A stretch of 31,218 nucleotides of DNA from Gammaproteobacteria bacterium (GTDB lineage: Bacteria; Pseudomonadota; Gammaproteobacteria; JALTLT01), in assembly GCA_027001815.1 (NCBI GenBank), contig JALTLT010000461.1, positions 1 to 31,218 of the forward strand. The letters are read 5' to 3'. The position numbers were made by a program, and so were the translations under genes. Below, piece by piece: positions 1 to 7,955 of the stretch (position 1 is the first letter of the stretch; each line of letters begins with the position of its first letter). A model generated the notes under the pieces. That model was not told the origin of the DNA. It ran no database searches and saw only the letters and a list, made by a program, of their open reading frames with translations.

Positions 1-2
1 GC

Positions 3-767
3 TGCGGCTCGGAGCGGCTGTTCAGCGAGGTGGGGCTCGCCACCCTGGCCATGCTCTACCATCAGGGGGTGCAGACGGTCATTCCGCCCGGCTACCTCTG
101 CTGTGGCTACCCGCAGACCGCCGCCGGCGACCTGCAGAGGGGGAGGCGGATCTCCACCGACAACCGGGTTCTCTTCCACAGGGTGGCCAACACCCTCAAC
201 TACCTGGATCTGCGCACCGTGCTGGTCTCCTGCGGCACCTGCATGGATCAGCTTCTGCAGTACCGGTTCGAGCAGATCTTTCCCGGATGCCGCCTGCTGG
301 ACATTCACGAATATCTCATGGAGCGTGACGTCTCCCTGCCGAAGGTGGAGGGGCGCCGCTACCTCTACCACGACCCCTGCCACACCCCCATGAAACAGCA
401 CGACCCTCTGGAAGTGGCCTCCCGTCTCATGGGCAGCGAGGTAAAGCTCTCCGATCGCTGCTGCGGAGAGGCGGGCACCTTCGCCGTCGCCCGCCCCGAC
501 ATCGCCAGCCAGGTGCGCTTCCGCAAGCGGGAGGAGCTGCTGGGTGGCATGGAGGCGATCCGCCGGGAGGCGGGTGACGGCGTGGAGGTGGGGCTGCTCA
601 CCAGTTGCCCCGCCTGCCAGCAGGGGCTGGCCCGCTACCGGGACGACACCTCCCTCGAACCGGAGTACATCGTGGTCGCCCTGGCGCGGGCGCTGCTCGG
701 CGAGGGGTGGAAGGAGCGTTTCCTGCAGCAGGTCCGCGGGGGGGGGGTGGAGCGGGTGCTGCTATAG
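3..767 (+). CDS. 3' part of an FAD-linked/Fe-S oxidoreductase with CCG (cysteine-rich) domains and a DUF3400-like C-terminus; 5'-truncated by the window edge
   Basis: Frame is open from position 3 (CGSERLFSEVGLATL...). Motifs CCGYP, VSCGTC, YHDPCH, CCGEAG and TSCPAC; ends EYIVVALAR..LGE.W....GGVERVLL, as in the DUF3683/DUF3400 oxidoreductase family. Stop TAG at 765-767. Confidence 0.8.
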   Translation, partial: CGSERLFSEVGLATLAMLYHQGVQTVIPPGYLCCGYPQTAAGDLQRGRRISTDNRVLFHRVANTLNYLDLRTVLVSCGTCMDQLLQYRFEQIFPGCRLLDIHEYLMERDVSLPKVEGRRYLYHDPCHTPMKQHDPLEVASRLMGSEVKLSDRCCGEAGTFAVARPDIASQVRFRKREELLGGMEAIRREAGDGVEVGLLTSCPACQQGLARYRDDTSLEPEYIVVALARALLGEGWKERFLQQVRGGGVERVLL

Positions 768-857
768 CCGTTGAAAAACGCAGTTTTTCGACAGCCTGTG
801 TGCGATGCAGGGAGGCATCGCCATGTTCTAATGATGGTATGTCATTGAACATCCTGA
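764..857 (+). mobile_element. MITE-like element copy 1 (internal-deletion derivative, degenerate left end)
   Basis: ccgttgaaaaacgcagtttttcgacagcctgtg...aatga-N7-tcattgaacatcctg aligns with the first ~85 nt and the right end of the 6449-6609 copy. Left boundary uncertain (764-768). Confidence 0.75.
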
Positions 858-2237
858 TATGGGTATCGCCCGAAGCGCCTTGGGGAGCTCGATAACGAAG
901 TGGGTGGTGCCTTGGGTCGATTCGGCGTGGATCGTGCCCCCGTGCGCCTCGACGATGGACTTGACGATGGCGAGTCCCAGGCCGGTCCCTTCTCCCTGTC
1001 TCGCGCGGTCCACCCGGTAGAAGCGTTCGAAGAGGTGTGTGAGGTGTTCCGGTGGGATCTCCATGCCCTGGTTTGCCACCTCGATACGCACTTTGCCGCC
1101 GTGCTCATCGATGGCCACCTCCACGATGCCGTTTTCACGGGAGTGGCGGATGGCGTTGGATAGCAGGTTGCTCACTGCCCGTCGCAGCATGGTCCGGTGG
1201 CCGGTAAGGCGAGCCGTTCCACGGCGCCCGAGGGTGACACCCTTTTCCTCCGACCACGGCTCATAGTAGTCGAACAGCGCATCCACCTCTTCGGCCAGGT
1301 CCACCTCTTCCAGTTCCGACGGCCTCAGTCCGTTGTCTGCCTTGGCCAGGAACAGCATGTCGTTGATCATCCTCGCAAGGTTTTCGAACTCCTCCATGTT
1401 GGAATAGAGGATTTCCCGGTACTCTTCCGGCGACCGCTCCTGCGACAGCGCCACCTGGGTCTGGGTCATCATGCTGGTGATGGGAGTACGCAGATCGTGT
1501 GCCATGTCGGCGGAGAAATCGGAGAGCCGGCGGAATGCCTCCTCCACCCGCTCGAGCATTTCGTTGAAAGAGTTTGCCAGGTCCCCCAGTTCGTTGGGGA
1601 GGGTCTGCGGATCGAGGCGGAGATCGAGGTCGCTGCCGCTGATGCGCTTCATCTGGGCGATGATCTGATGCAGCGGCGCGTGTCCTTCCCGAACCGCGAA
1701 CCACCCAAGTACTGCGCCGATGCCAGTACCGGTGAGGATCATCCACCACAGAGTGACTCGGAAGTGGGCGAGGAAATGGTCGTGGTAGCCCACCGGCACG
1801 GTGGCAATGGTGGTGTAGGTTTGGCCATTGCCGGAATCGGCGAGGGTGGCTACCAGCACCCGGTAGCGCTCGTCACCATCCGACCAGATCGCGGGGCCGG
1901 GTGATGGCGGCTCGACCAGCGAGTCGATGAGCTTCGAGAAATCGGGATGGTTGCTCGAATAGAGCACGCGGCCCGTGTCGTCCCGCACATGGAGCCATGC
2001 CCCATGGTGTCCCACGAGAAGATCGTCGAAGCGGGGTGCAAGAACACTCACCGCACCTTGCTTGCGAAGCGCGCCCTCCACTGCCTCGATGATACTGCTC
2101 AACTCGGCCTCGTCCTCCTGGGCGAAGTGGAGGCTGATGGAGCGCTCGACCATCCAGCCGAACCCGGTGAAGATGGTCGCCAGCACCAGGCCAAACAGCA
2201 GGGTCAGGCGAACCCTCAGGGAAAGGGGGCTGGTCAT
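828..2237 (-). CDS. copS: Heavy-metal sensor histidine kinase, CusS/CopS family
   Basis: Two TM segments, HAMP region, H-box FSADMAHDLRTP, N-box NLLSNAIRH, G-box GTGLGLAIV. Start placed at ATG 2237 (MTSPLSLRVRL), immediately after the regulator stop. The last ~9 codons lie inside MITE copy 1. Confidence 0.9.
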   Translation of the reverse strand: MTSPLSLRVRLTLLFGLVLATIFTGFGWMVERSISLHFAQEDEAELSSIIEAVEGALRKQGAVSVLAPRFDDLLVGHHGAWLHVRDDTGRVLYSSNHPDFSKLIDSLVEPPSPGPAIWSDGDERYRVLVATLADSGNGQTYTTIATVPVGYHDHFLAHFRVTLWWMILTGTGIGAVLGWFAVREGHAPLHQIIAQMKRISGSDLDLRLDPQTLPNELGDLANSFNEMLERVEEAFRRLSDFSADMAHDLRTPITSMMTQTQVALSQERSPEEYREILYSNMEEFENLARMINDMLFLAKADNGLRPSELEEVDLAEEVDALFDYYEPWSEEKGVTLGRRGTARLTGHRTMLRRAVSNLLSNAIRHSRENGIVEVAIDEHGGKVRIEVANQGMEIPPEHLTHLFERFYRVDRARQGEGTGLGLAIVKSIVEAHGGTIHAESTQGTTHFVIELPKALRAIPISGCSMTYHH

Positions 2238-2238
2238 G

Positions 2239-2928
2239 TCAGGGTGCCGACCCTTCGGGAGCGTCGAGCATGTAGCCCATGCCGCGCACCGTGTGGATGA
2301 GTCGGGGTTCGAAGCCTTCATCCACCTTCACCCGCAGTCGCCGGATGGCGACGTCGATGACGTTGGTATCGCTGTCAAAGTTCATGTCCCAGACCTGGGA
2401 GGCGATCAGTGAACGCGGCAGTACCTCACCCTTGCGCCGCATCAGCAGTTCCAGGAGTGCGAACTCCTTGGCGGTGAGCTTGATCGGCTTTCCGGCGCGG
2501 GTTGCGCGGCGCTTGAGAAGGTCGAGTTCGAGGTCCGCCACCCGCAGTCGGCTGTCGAGGGAGGGTCCGCCCCCGCGCCGGAGGAGAGTGCGAACGCGGG
2601 CGAGCAGCTCGGCGAAGGCGAACGGCTTGACGAGGTAGTCGTCGGCGCCGTGTTCGAGGCCGGTGACGCGGTCTTCCACCGTATCCCGCGCGGTGAGAAA
2701 GAGTACCGGTACGCGGTTGCCTGCCTCCCGCAGAGAGGAGAGGATCTTCAGGCCGTTGATGTCGGGAAGCATGATGTCGAGAATTACCAGGTCGTAGTCG
2801 CCGGTCATGGCGAGATGGTGGCCGTCCAGGCCGTTGCGTGCCAGATCCACCACGAAGCCTGCCTCGGTGAGACCCTGCCTGAGATAGTCCCCGATCTTCT
2901 GTTCGTCTTCCACGATCAGCAGTTTCAT
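2239..2928 (-). CDS. copR: Heavy-metal response regulator, CusR/CopR family (OmpR type)
   Basis: MKLLIVEDE...[10 protein letters not shown]...LTARD...[10 protein letters not shown]...[40 protein letters not shown] precedes ATG 2928. Confidence 0.93.
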   Translation of the reverse strand: MKLLIVEDEQKIGDYLRQGLTEAGFVVDLARNGLDGHHLAMTGDYDLVILDIMLPDINGLKILSSLREAGNRVPVLFLTARDTVEDRVTGLEHGADDYLVKPFAFAELLARVRTLLRRGGGPSLDSRLRVADLELDLLKRRATRAGKPIKLTAKEFALLELLMRRKGEVLPRSLIASQVWDMNFDSDTNVIDVAIRRLRVKVDEGFEPRLIHTVRGMGYMLDAPEGSAP

Positions 2929-3035
2929 GCATCGCTCTCCTCGTCGGGAGGTGGTGTGCCGTACCTCCTCACGTTTTGACGACGGCGGCTGTCGGCGTTT
3001 CCCCCCCTGTCGCGCATGAATGATCGGGGGGGGTT

Positions 3036-3064
3036 CATGACGCGATTGTAATCTCCGGGTCATG
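3036..3064. promoter_or_regulatory. CopR/CusR-type binding site (cop box) between divergent copRS and copAB
   Basis: cATGACgcgatTGTAATctccggGTCATg: one mismatch to the TGACA-N4-TGTAAT core, with an outer CATGAC/GTCATG inverted repeat. Position fits the family. Confidence 0.7.
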
Positions 3065-3150
3065 GGTGAGAAAGGTGTCGGTTGCTATCTTCGAGACCAT
3101 ACCGAACCCGGAGCGGGTCCCGGATCGAGATACGCAGGAGGATACCCATC

Positions 3151-4926
3151 ATGAAGAGATCGTATGCCCATGGCATTCAGCCGCCGGATCTGTCGCGCCG
3201 CCGTTTCCTCGGCGGCGTGCTGGCCGGGGGGGCCGCACTGACGCTGCCCCCGCTCTCGTCGCCGGCTCTGGCGGCGCGGGCCGCGGATACCCGGACCGGC
3301 ATGGCGCCGGTGCTGAGCGGTACCGAGTTCCATCTTACCGTGGATCAGACCTGGGTCGATTTCACCGGCACGCCGCGCCCGGCAACGACCATCAACGGCT
3401 CCATTCCGGCGCCTGTCTTGCGCTGGCGGGAGGGGGAAACGGTCACCATCCGGATCACCAATCGGCTGCCGGTCTCCACCTCCATTCACTGGCACGGCAT
3501 TATCCTGCCCTACCGGATGGACGGTGTGCCCGGGGTCAGCTTCCCCGGCATTGCACCCGGTGAGACCTTCGTCTACCGCTTCAAGGTGGGGCAGGCCGGT
3601 ACCTACTGGTATCACTCGCACACCGCCTTCCAGGAGCAGACCGGCATGTATGGTGCGATCATCGTCGAGCCGCGCGGGGGTGAGCGCATCCGTGCCGACC
3701 GGGACTACGTGGTGCAGCTCTCCGACTGGACCGACGAGGATCCGCTGGATGTGTTCGCCAAGCTCAAGAAGCAGAGTGACTATTACAACTTCAATCAGGT
3801 GACGGTGGGAGACTTCTTCCGGGACGTCTCCACCCTCGGCCTTTCGGGTGCCCTGCGCAAGCGCGCCATGTGGAACCGCATGCGCATGAACCCCACCGAC
3901 CTGGCCGACATCTCCGCCTACACCTACACCTACCTCATGAACGGCACGACCCCACGTGGCAACTGGACTGCGCTCTTCCGGACGGGCGACCGGGTCCGGC
4001 TGCGGTTTATCGGAAGCGCGACCCAGAGCTTCTTCGACGTACGGATTCCTGGCCTGAAGATGACGGTCGTGCATGTGGATGGACAGGATATCGAACCGGT
4101 CACCGTCGACGAGTTCCGCATCGGCCCCGGGGAGACCTATGACGTGATCGTCGAGCCCGAAGGAGATACCGCCTATACCATTTTTGCCCAGTCCATGGAT
4201 CGCACCGGGTATGCGCGCGGGACACTCGCCCCAAGGGCGGACATGGAGGCGCCGGTACCCCCACTCGACGAGTCCCAGTGGCTGACCATGCGGGACATGA
4301 TGGGCGCCATGGCGGGCGGGGAGGGCGCGTCGATGAAGGGGATGGCCGGTGCCGGTGGGATGGATCACATGGCGATGGGTTACGGATCCGGGGCGATGAG
4401 CCCGGTACATGCGCGACACGCGAAGACCGAATACGGACCCAGCGTCGACATGCGCGTCGACATGCCGAGGACCAATCTCGACGACCCCGGCATCGGGCTG
4501 CGTGACAACGGCCGTCGGGTGCTCACCTACGCCGACATCCGCACACCTACAGGCCCCCTCGACGCGCGCGAACCGGAGAGAGAGATCGAACTCCATCTCA
4601 CCGGCAACATGGAACGTTACACCTGGTCCCTCGATGGCTTGGAGTTCGGCAAGTCCACACCGATCCACTTCCGGCACGGCGAGCGGCTGCGGGTCATTCT
4701 GCACAACGACACCATGATGACCCATCCGATGCATCTGCACGGGATGTGGAGCGAGCTCGAGGATCCCGAGGGGCGCTTTCTCGCGCGCAGGCACACCATC
4801 AGTGTGCAGCCGGCCCAGCGCATCTCCTTCCGGGTGACGGCGGATGCCCTCGGGCGCTGGGCCTGGCACTGCCATCTCCTCTATCACATGGATGCCGGCA
4901 TGTTTCGTGAAGTGGTCGTGGCCTGA
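3151..4926 (+). CDS. copA: Copper-resistance multicopper oxidase (CopA/PcoA family), Tat-exported
   Basis: Tat motif SRRRFL; copper ligand motifs HWHG, YWYHSH, HPMHLHG, WAWHCHLLYHM; Met-rich insert; AGGAGG RBS before ATG 3151. Confidence 0.95.
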   Translation: MKRSYAHGIQPPDLSRRRFLGGVLAGGAALTLPPLSSPALAARAADTRTGMAPVLSGTEFHLTVDQTWVDFTGTPRPATTINGSIPAPVLRWREGETVTIRITNRLPVSTSIHWHGIILPYRMDGVPGVSFPGIAPGETFVYRFKVGQAGTYWYHSHTAFQEQTGMYGAIIVEPRGGERIRADRDYVVQLSDWTDEDPLDVFAKLKKQSDYYNFNQVTVGDFFRDVSTLGLSGALRKRAMWNRMRMNPTDLADISAYTYTYLMNGTTPRGNWTALFRTGDRVRLRFIGSATQSFFDVRIPGLKMTVVHVDGQDIEPVTVDEFRIGPGETYDVIVEPEGDTAYTIFAQSMDRTGYARGTLAPRADMEAPVPPLDESQWLTMRDMMGAMAGGEGASMKGMAGAGGMDHMAMGYGSGAMSPVHARHAKTEYGPSVDMRVDMPRTNLDDPGIGLRDNGRRVLTYADIRTPTGPLDAREPEREIELHLTGNMERYTWSLDGLEFGKSTPIHFRHGERLRVILHNDTMMTHPMHLHGMWSELEDPEGRFLARRHTISVQPAQRISFRVTADALGRWAWHCHLLYHMDAGMFREVVVA

Positions 4927-4958
4927 GCCACCGCAGCAGAGAGACGGAGAAGAAGACC

Positions 4959-5840
4959 ATGAAAATCACATGCTTCAAGGTGCTTTCGGGAGGGCTCCTG
5001 ATTTTCGGAAGTACCGTGGCCTGGGCCGCCCCGGCAACGGATGGGGCCCCATCACCCATGATGAACGATTCCATACCCATGGCCGAATCCGCGGGGTCCA
5101 TGAAGATGGGGCGAATGCAGGGTGGCTTGCCGCCTCCGGACGCGCGAGACCCTCACGCCTACTCCGACGGATACGACTTCGGAGATGCCGGGCGTCCCCA
5201 CTTTGCCGATGAGCAGCGTTTCGGCTCCCTGCTTGCCAATCGGATGGAGGTCTATGAGCAGGATGGTGCTACCACTGCCGTCTATGACCTCCAGCTCTGG
5301 TACGGCTACGACTATGACCGTCTCGTGGTCAAGGCGGAGGGAGATATCACCGACGGCAAGATCGAGGAGGCCAGTACCGAGCTGCTCTGGTCTCACGCAG
5401 TGGCCTCCTTCTGGGACATGCAGCTTGGTGTGCGCCATGACAGCGGCGAGCTGCCCGATCAGGGCTGGCTGGCGCTCGGGATCCAGGGGTTGGCGCCCTA
5501 CTGGTTCGAGGTCGATACAACTGCCTATTTCGGCGAGGAGAGTCGCACGGCCATCAACGTCGAACTTGAGTATGAACTGCTTTTCACCCAGAAGCTCATC
5601 CTGCAGCCCCGTATCGAGATGAACTGGTACGGAAAGGAAGATCTCGAGCGGGGGATCGGAGAGGGGTTCTCCGATGCAAGCGCCGGCCTGCGGCTCCGCT
5701 ACGAGTTTCGTCGGGAATTTGCCCCATATATCGGAATCGAACGATTCCGGCGCTATGGGAACACCCGGGAGTTGGTGAAGGAATCAGGAGCTGATCCGGA
5801 CGATACGCGGGTAGTGGCGGGAATTCGATTCTGGTTCTGA
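4959..5840 (+). CDS. copB: Outer-membrane copper resistance protein B (CopB/PcoB)
   Basis: Signal peptide, Met-rich N-terminus, PHAYSDG motif, GIQGLAPYWFEVD, LRLRYEFRREFAPYIG, C-terminal GIRFWF; directly downstream of copA. Confidence 0.92.
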   Translation: MKITCFKVLSGGLLIFGSTVAWAAPATDGAPSPMMNDSIPMAESAGSMKMGRMQGGLPPPDARDPHAYSDGYDFGDAGRPHFADEQRFGSLLANRMEVYEQDGATTAVYDLQLWYGYDYDRLVVKAEGDITDGKIEEASTELLWSHAVASFWDMQLGVRHDSGELPDQGWLALGIQGLAPYWFEVDTTAYFGEESRTAINVELEYELLFTQKLILQPRIEMNWYGKEDLERGIGEGFSDASAGLRLRYEFRREFAPYIGIERFRRYGNTRELVKESGADPDDTRVVAGIRFWF

Positions 5841-5894
5841 GAGATTCCGTTTTCTGAACGTTTCAACTGTTGTTTGTCTTGAGGAGGATATTAC

Positions 5895-6401
5895 GTGACG
5901 AAGATTGCTGGCCTCGCCCTTGCCTTGTCGCTTCCGGCCTTTGTTTTTGCCGGTGGCAATCATGTTGGTGGTCACTCTATGAATGGCCATTCCGGGCACG
6001 GAATGGATTCAGTGAAGCATCGGGAGATGATGCGGATTGGAACGAGGGGTGATGCGTCCGAGACAGATCGGATCGTCGAGGTGACAATGGATGACACCAT
6101 GCGATTCCTGCCGGAAACTCTCTCGTTCAGAGAGGGTGAAACCGTGCAGTTCCGCGTCAGGAACAATGGCTCCATTCGCCATGAGATGGTTCTGGGCAAT
6201 CCTTCAATGATTGCGGAGCATGCACGGGGGATGCGCCAGGGCATGGGGATGGATCATGACGATCCCAACATGCTCAGTTTACCGCCGGGTGAGGAGGGCA
6301 CCCTGATCTGGAAGTTTACCAGGGCCGGCAAGTTCACGTTTGCCTGCCTGGTGCCGGGGCATTTCGAGGCTGGGATGAAAGGTGACATCACTGTGGAATA
6401 G
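5895..6401 (+). CDS. Periplasmic cupredoxin (CopI-like copper-tolerance protein)
   Basis: GAGGAGG RBS and GTG start, signal peptide, His-rich N-terminus (HVGGHSMNGHSGH), IRHEMVLG, Met/His patch, C-terminal type-1 Cu loop FACLVPGHFEAGM. Confidence 0.85.
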   Translation: MTKIAGLALALSLPAFVFAGGNHVGGHSMNGHSGHGMDSVKHREMMRIGTRGDASETDRIVEVTMDDTMRFLPETLSFREGETVQFRVRNNGSIRHEMVLGNPSMIAEHARGMRQGMGMDHDDPNMLSLPPGEEGTLIWKFTRAGKFTFACLVPGHFEAGMKGDITVE

Positions 6402-6448
6402 TAAGGATTCCCCCGTTTCCGTGTAAAGCAAACCCAAACGTTGCATAA

Positions 6449-6609
6449 CAGGCTGTTGAAAAACTCCTTTTTCTGCAGCCTGTGCCGCGGTGGAGGGATG
6501 CACCGCCGTTTTCAATGACGAAAGATCATTGAAAACGTGAGGAAGCCGGAAATCGCATTTTCGGCTTCCGGCGTTGAAAAAGGCCAGGACGGCCTTTTTC
6601 AACATCCTG
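6449..6609 (+). mobile_element. MITE-like element copy 2, full length (161 bp)
   Basis: 15-bp terminal inverted repeats caggctgttgaaaaa / tttttcaacatcctg (1 mismatch), flanked by an exact 4-bp direct repeat ATAA (6445-6448, 6610-6613). Internal hairpins; no coding capacity. Confidence 0.85.
6573..6603. terminator. Bidirectional intrinsic-terminator-like hairpin inside MITE copy 2
   Basis: gttgaaaaaggcc-aggac-ggcctttttcaac: perfect 13-bp stem with an A5 tract before and a T5 tract after, between convergent cupredoxin and DUF2905-like genes. Confidence 0.65.
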
Positions 6610-6670
6610 ATAAATTTTCGGTACAGAACCGCTTTGCGCCTTCCTTGGCGTAGACGCGCCGCCACGAATA

Positions 6671-6871
6671 TCAACGCCGAAACAGCCAGAAGATGATGCT
6701 CAGCAGGATGCTGACCAGGATCGAGGTGGTGATGGGGAAATAGAAGCGGAAGTTGTCGCGTTCGATGACGATGTCACCGGGCAGGCGGCCGAGGCCCAGT
6801 TTGGTGAGCCAGGGCCAGAGCAGCCCGATCAGCAGGAGCACGATGCCGAGGATGAGTAGGGTCTTTTGCAT
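6671..6871 (-). CDS. Small membrane protein, DUF2905 family
   Basis: 66 aa, two hydrophobic segments around GLGRLPGDI.IER.NFRFYFPITTSIL; GGAGG RBS. Confidence 0.85.
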   Translation of the reverse strand: MQKTLLILGIVLLLIGLLWPWLTKLGLGRLPGDIVIERDNFRFYFPITTSILVSILLSIIFWLFRR

Positions 6872-6902
6872 GGGGCCTCCGCGTCGTGTTCTGTTCTGTA
6901 AC

Positions 6903-6955
6903 GCGTCACGCCGCGGAGCGGCGTGGCGCCCTATCCGGGGACGCCCTGCGTCCCC
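6903..6955. repeat. Tandem GC-rich perfect hairpins (REP-like)
   Basis: cacgccgc-gga-gcggcgtg (6907-6925, extendable to 6903-6929) and ggggacgc-cct-gcgtcccc (6937-6955), between the rpiA stop and the DUF2905 start. Confidence 0.55.
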
Positions 6956-6992
6956 ACGACAGCCAGGGATGCTCCCGCACCCCCCGGGGCGG

Positions 6993-7652
6993 TTACCGGG
7001 TGATGGTCTTCACCCCCTCCTCGGTGCCCAGCAGCAGCACATCGGCGGGACGCAGGGCGAACAGGCCGTTGGTGACCACGCCGGCGATGTTGTTGAGCCG
7101 GGCCTCCAGCTCCGGCGGGTTGACGATGGTCAGCCCGTGCACGTCGAGGATCACGTTGCCGTTGTCGGTGACGAAGCCCTCCCGCCACACCGGGTTGCCA
7201 CCCAGCTTCACCAGCTCGCGGGCCACGTAGCTGCGCGCCATGGGGATCACCTCCACCGGCAGGGGGAAGTTGCCCAGCACGTCCACCACCTTCGACTGGT
7301 CGGCGATGCAGACGAACCTCTTCGAGGCGGCGGCGACGATCTTCTCGCGGGTGAGCGCTCCGCCACCACCCTTGGTCAGATGCAGGTGGGGATCCGCCTC
7401 GTCGGCGCCGTCGATGTAGACGGAGATCTCGTCCACCTGGTTGAGGTCCAGGACCGGGATGCCGTGGCCGCGCAGCCGCTCGGCCGAGGCCTCCGAGCTG
7501 GCCACAGTGCCGTTGATCCGGCCCTTGATATCGGCCAGGAAGTCGATGAAGTGGTTGGCGGTGGAGCCGGTGCCGATGCCGATGATGGTGTCGGGCACCA
7601 CGTACTCGATGGCCGCCTTGGCCACCAGCTTCTTCAGGTCGTCCTGGTTCAT
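6993..7652 (-). CDS. rpiA: Ribose-5-phosphate isomerase A
   Basis: [41 protein letters not shown] motifs; RBS GAGGAG; start ATG 7652 (MNQDDLKK). Confidence 0.96.
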   Translation of the reverse strand: MNQDDLKKLVAKAAIEYVVPDTIIGIGTGSTANHFIDFLADIKGRINGTVASSEASAERLRGHGIPVLDLNQVDEISVYIDGADEADPHLHLTKGGGGALTREKIVAAASKRFVCIADQSKVVDVLGNFPLPVEVIPMARSYVARELVKLGGNPVWREGFVTDNGNVILDVHGLTIVNPPELEARLNNIAGVVTNGLFALRPADVLLLGTEEGVKTITR

Positions 7653-7891
7653 GCCTCGTCTCCTCGGGAGTTCGATGATCGGGTTGGGGTGCCGGGGAGT
7701 CCGGCACCGTGGAAAACTGCCTGTCGAAGCTCGACACGGTGAAGATTGCACCGCCTCTCGGGGCCTCCTGGCCGAGATCCGCAGAACCCGCCAGTCATTT
7801 CGAAGCCCGACAGTTTGCTGGTGCCAATGATACCGCGAGGGTCGTGGCGGGGGGAAACCTCTCGCCGACCCTCGGGGTTCGGCCGCGCTCG

Positions 7892-7900
7892 TGGTAAACT
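7892..7900 (+). promoter_or_regulatory. Extended -10 promoter candidate for ilvA
   Basis: TGgTAAACT, 55 nt upstream of the ilvA ATG. Confidence 0.4.
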
Positions 7901-7955
7901 GAAAGGCTTGATGCCGCGCCCGTTCCGGGGCGGCCGCGACCCTGGATACAGGCCG

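Noticed and set aside
738-747. G10 homopolymer near the 3' end of the oxidoreductase as a phase-variation tract
   Set aside because: It encodes the family's GG.ERVLL end in frame, and slippage would alter only ~7 residues. No evidence of switching.
3001-3033. C7 and G8 tracts next to the cop box as a phase-variable promoter spacer
   Set aside because: Tracts are short for a high-GC genome, and promoter elements could not be placed around them with confidence.
3085-4887. 600-aa ORF antisense to copA, and similar shadows at 23390-25255, 26313-27743 and 29408-30925
   Set aside because: Each lies fully opposite a well-supported gene and has low-complexity composition with no domains.
6279-6674. 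Short ORFs spanning MITE copies (6279-6674, 25677-26030, 25771-26043, 25837-26337, 30759-31004) sharing MLKKAVLAFFN-like peptides
   Set aside because: The shared peptide is simply the translated repeat; no transposase or other domain, so these are not a gene family.
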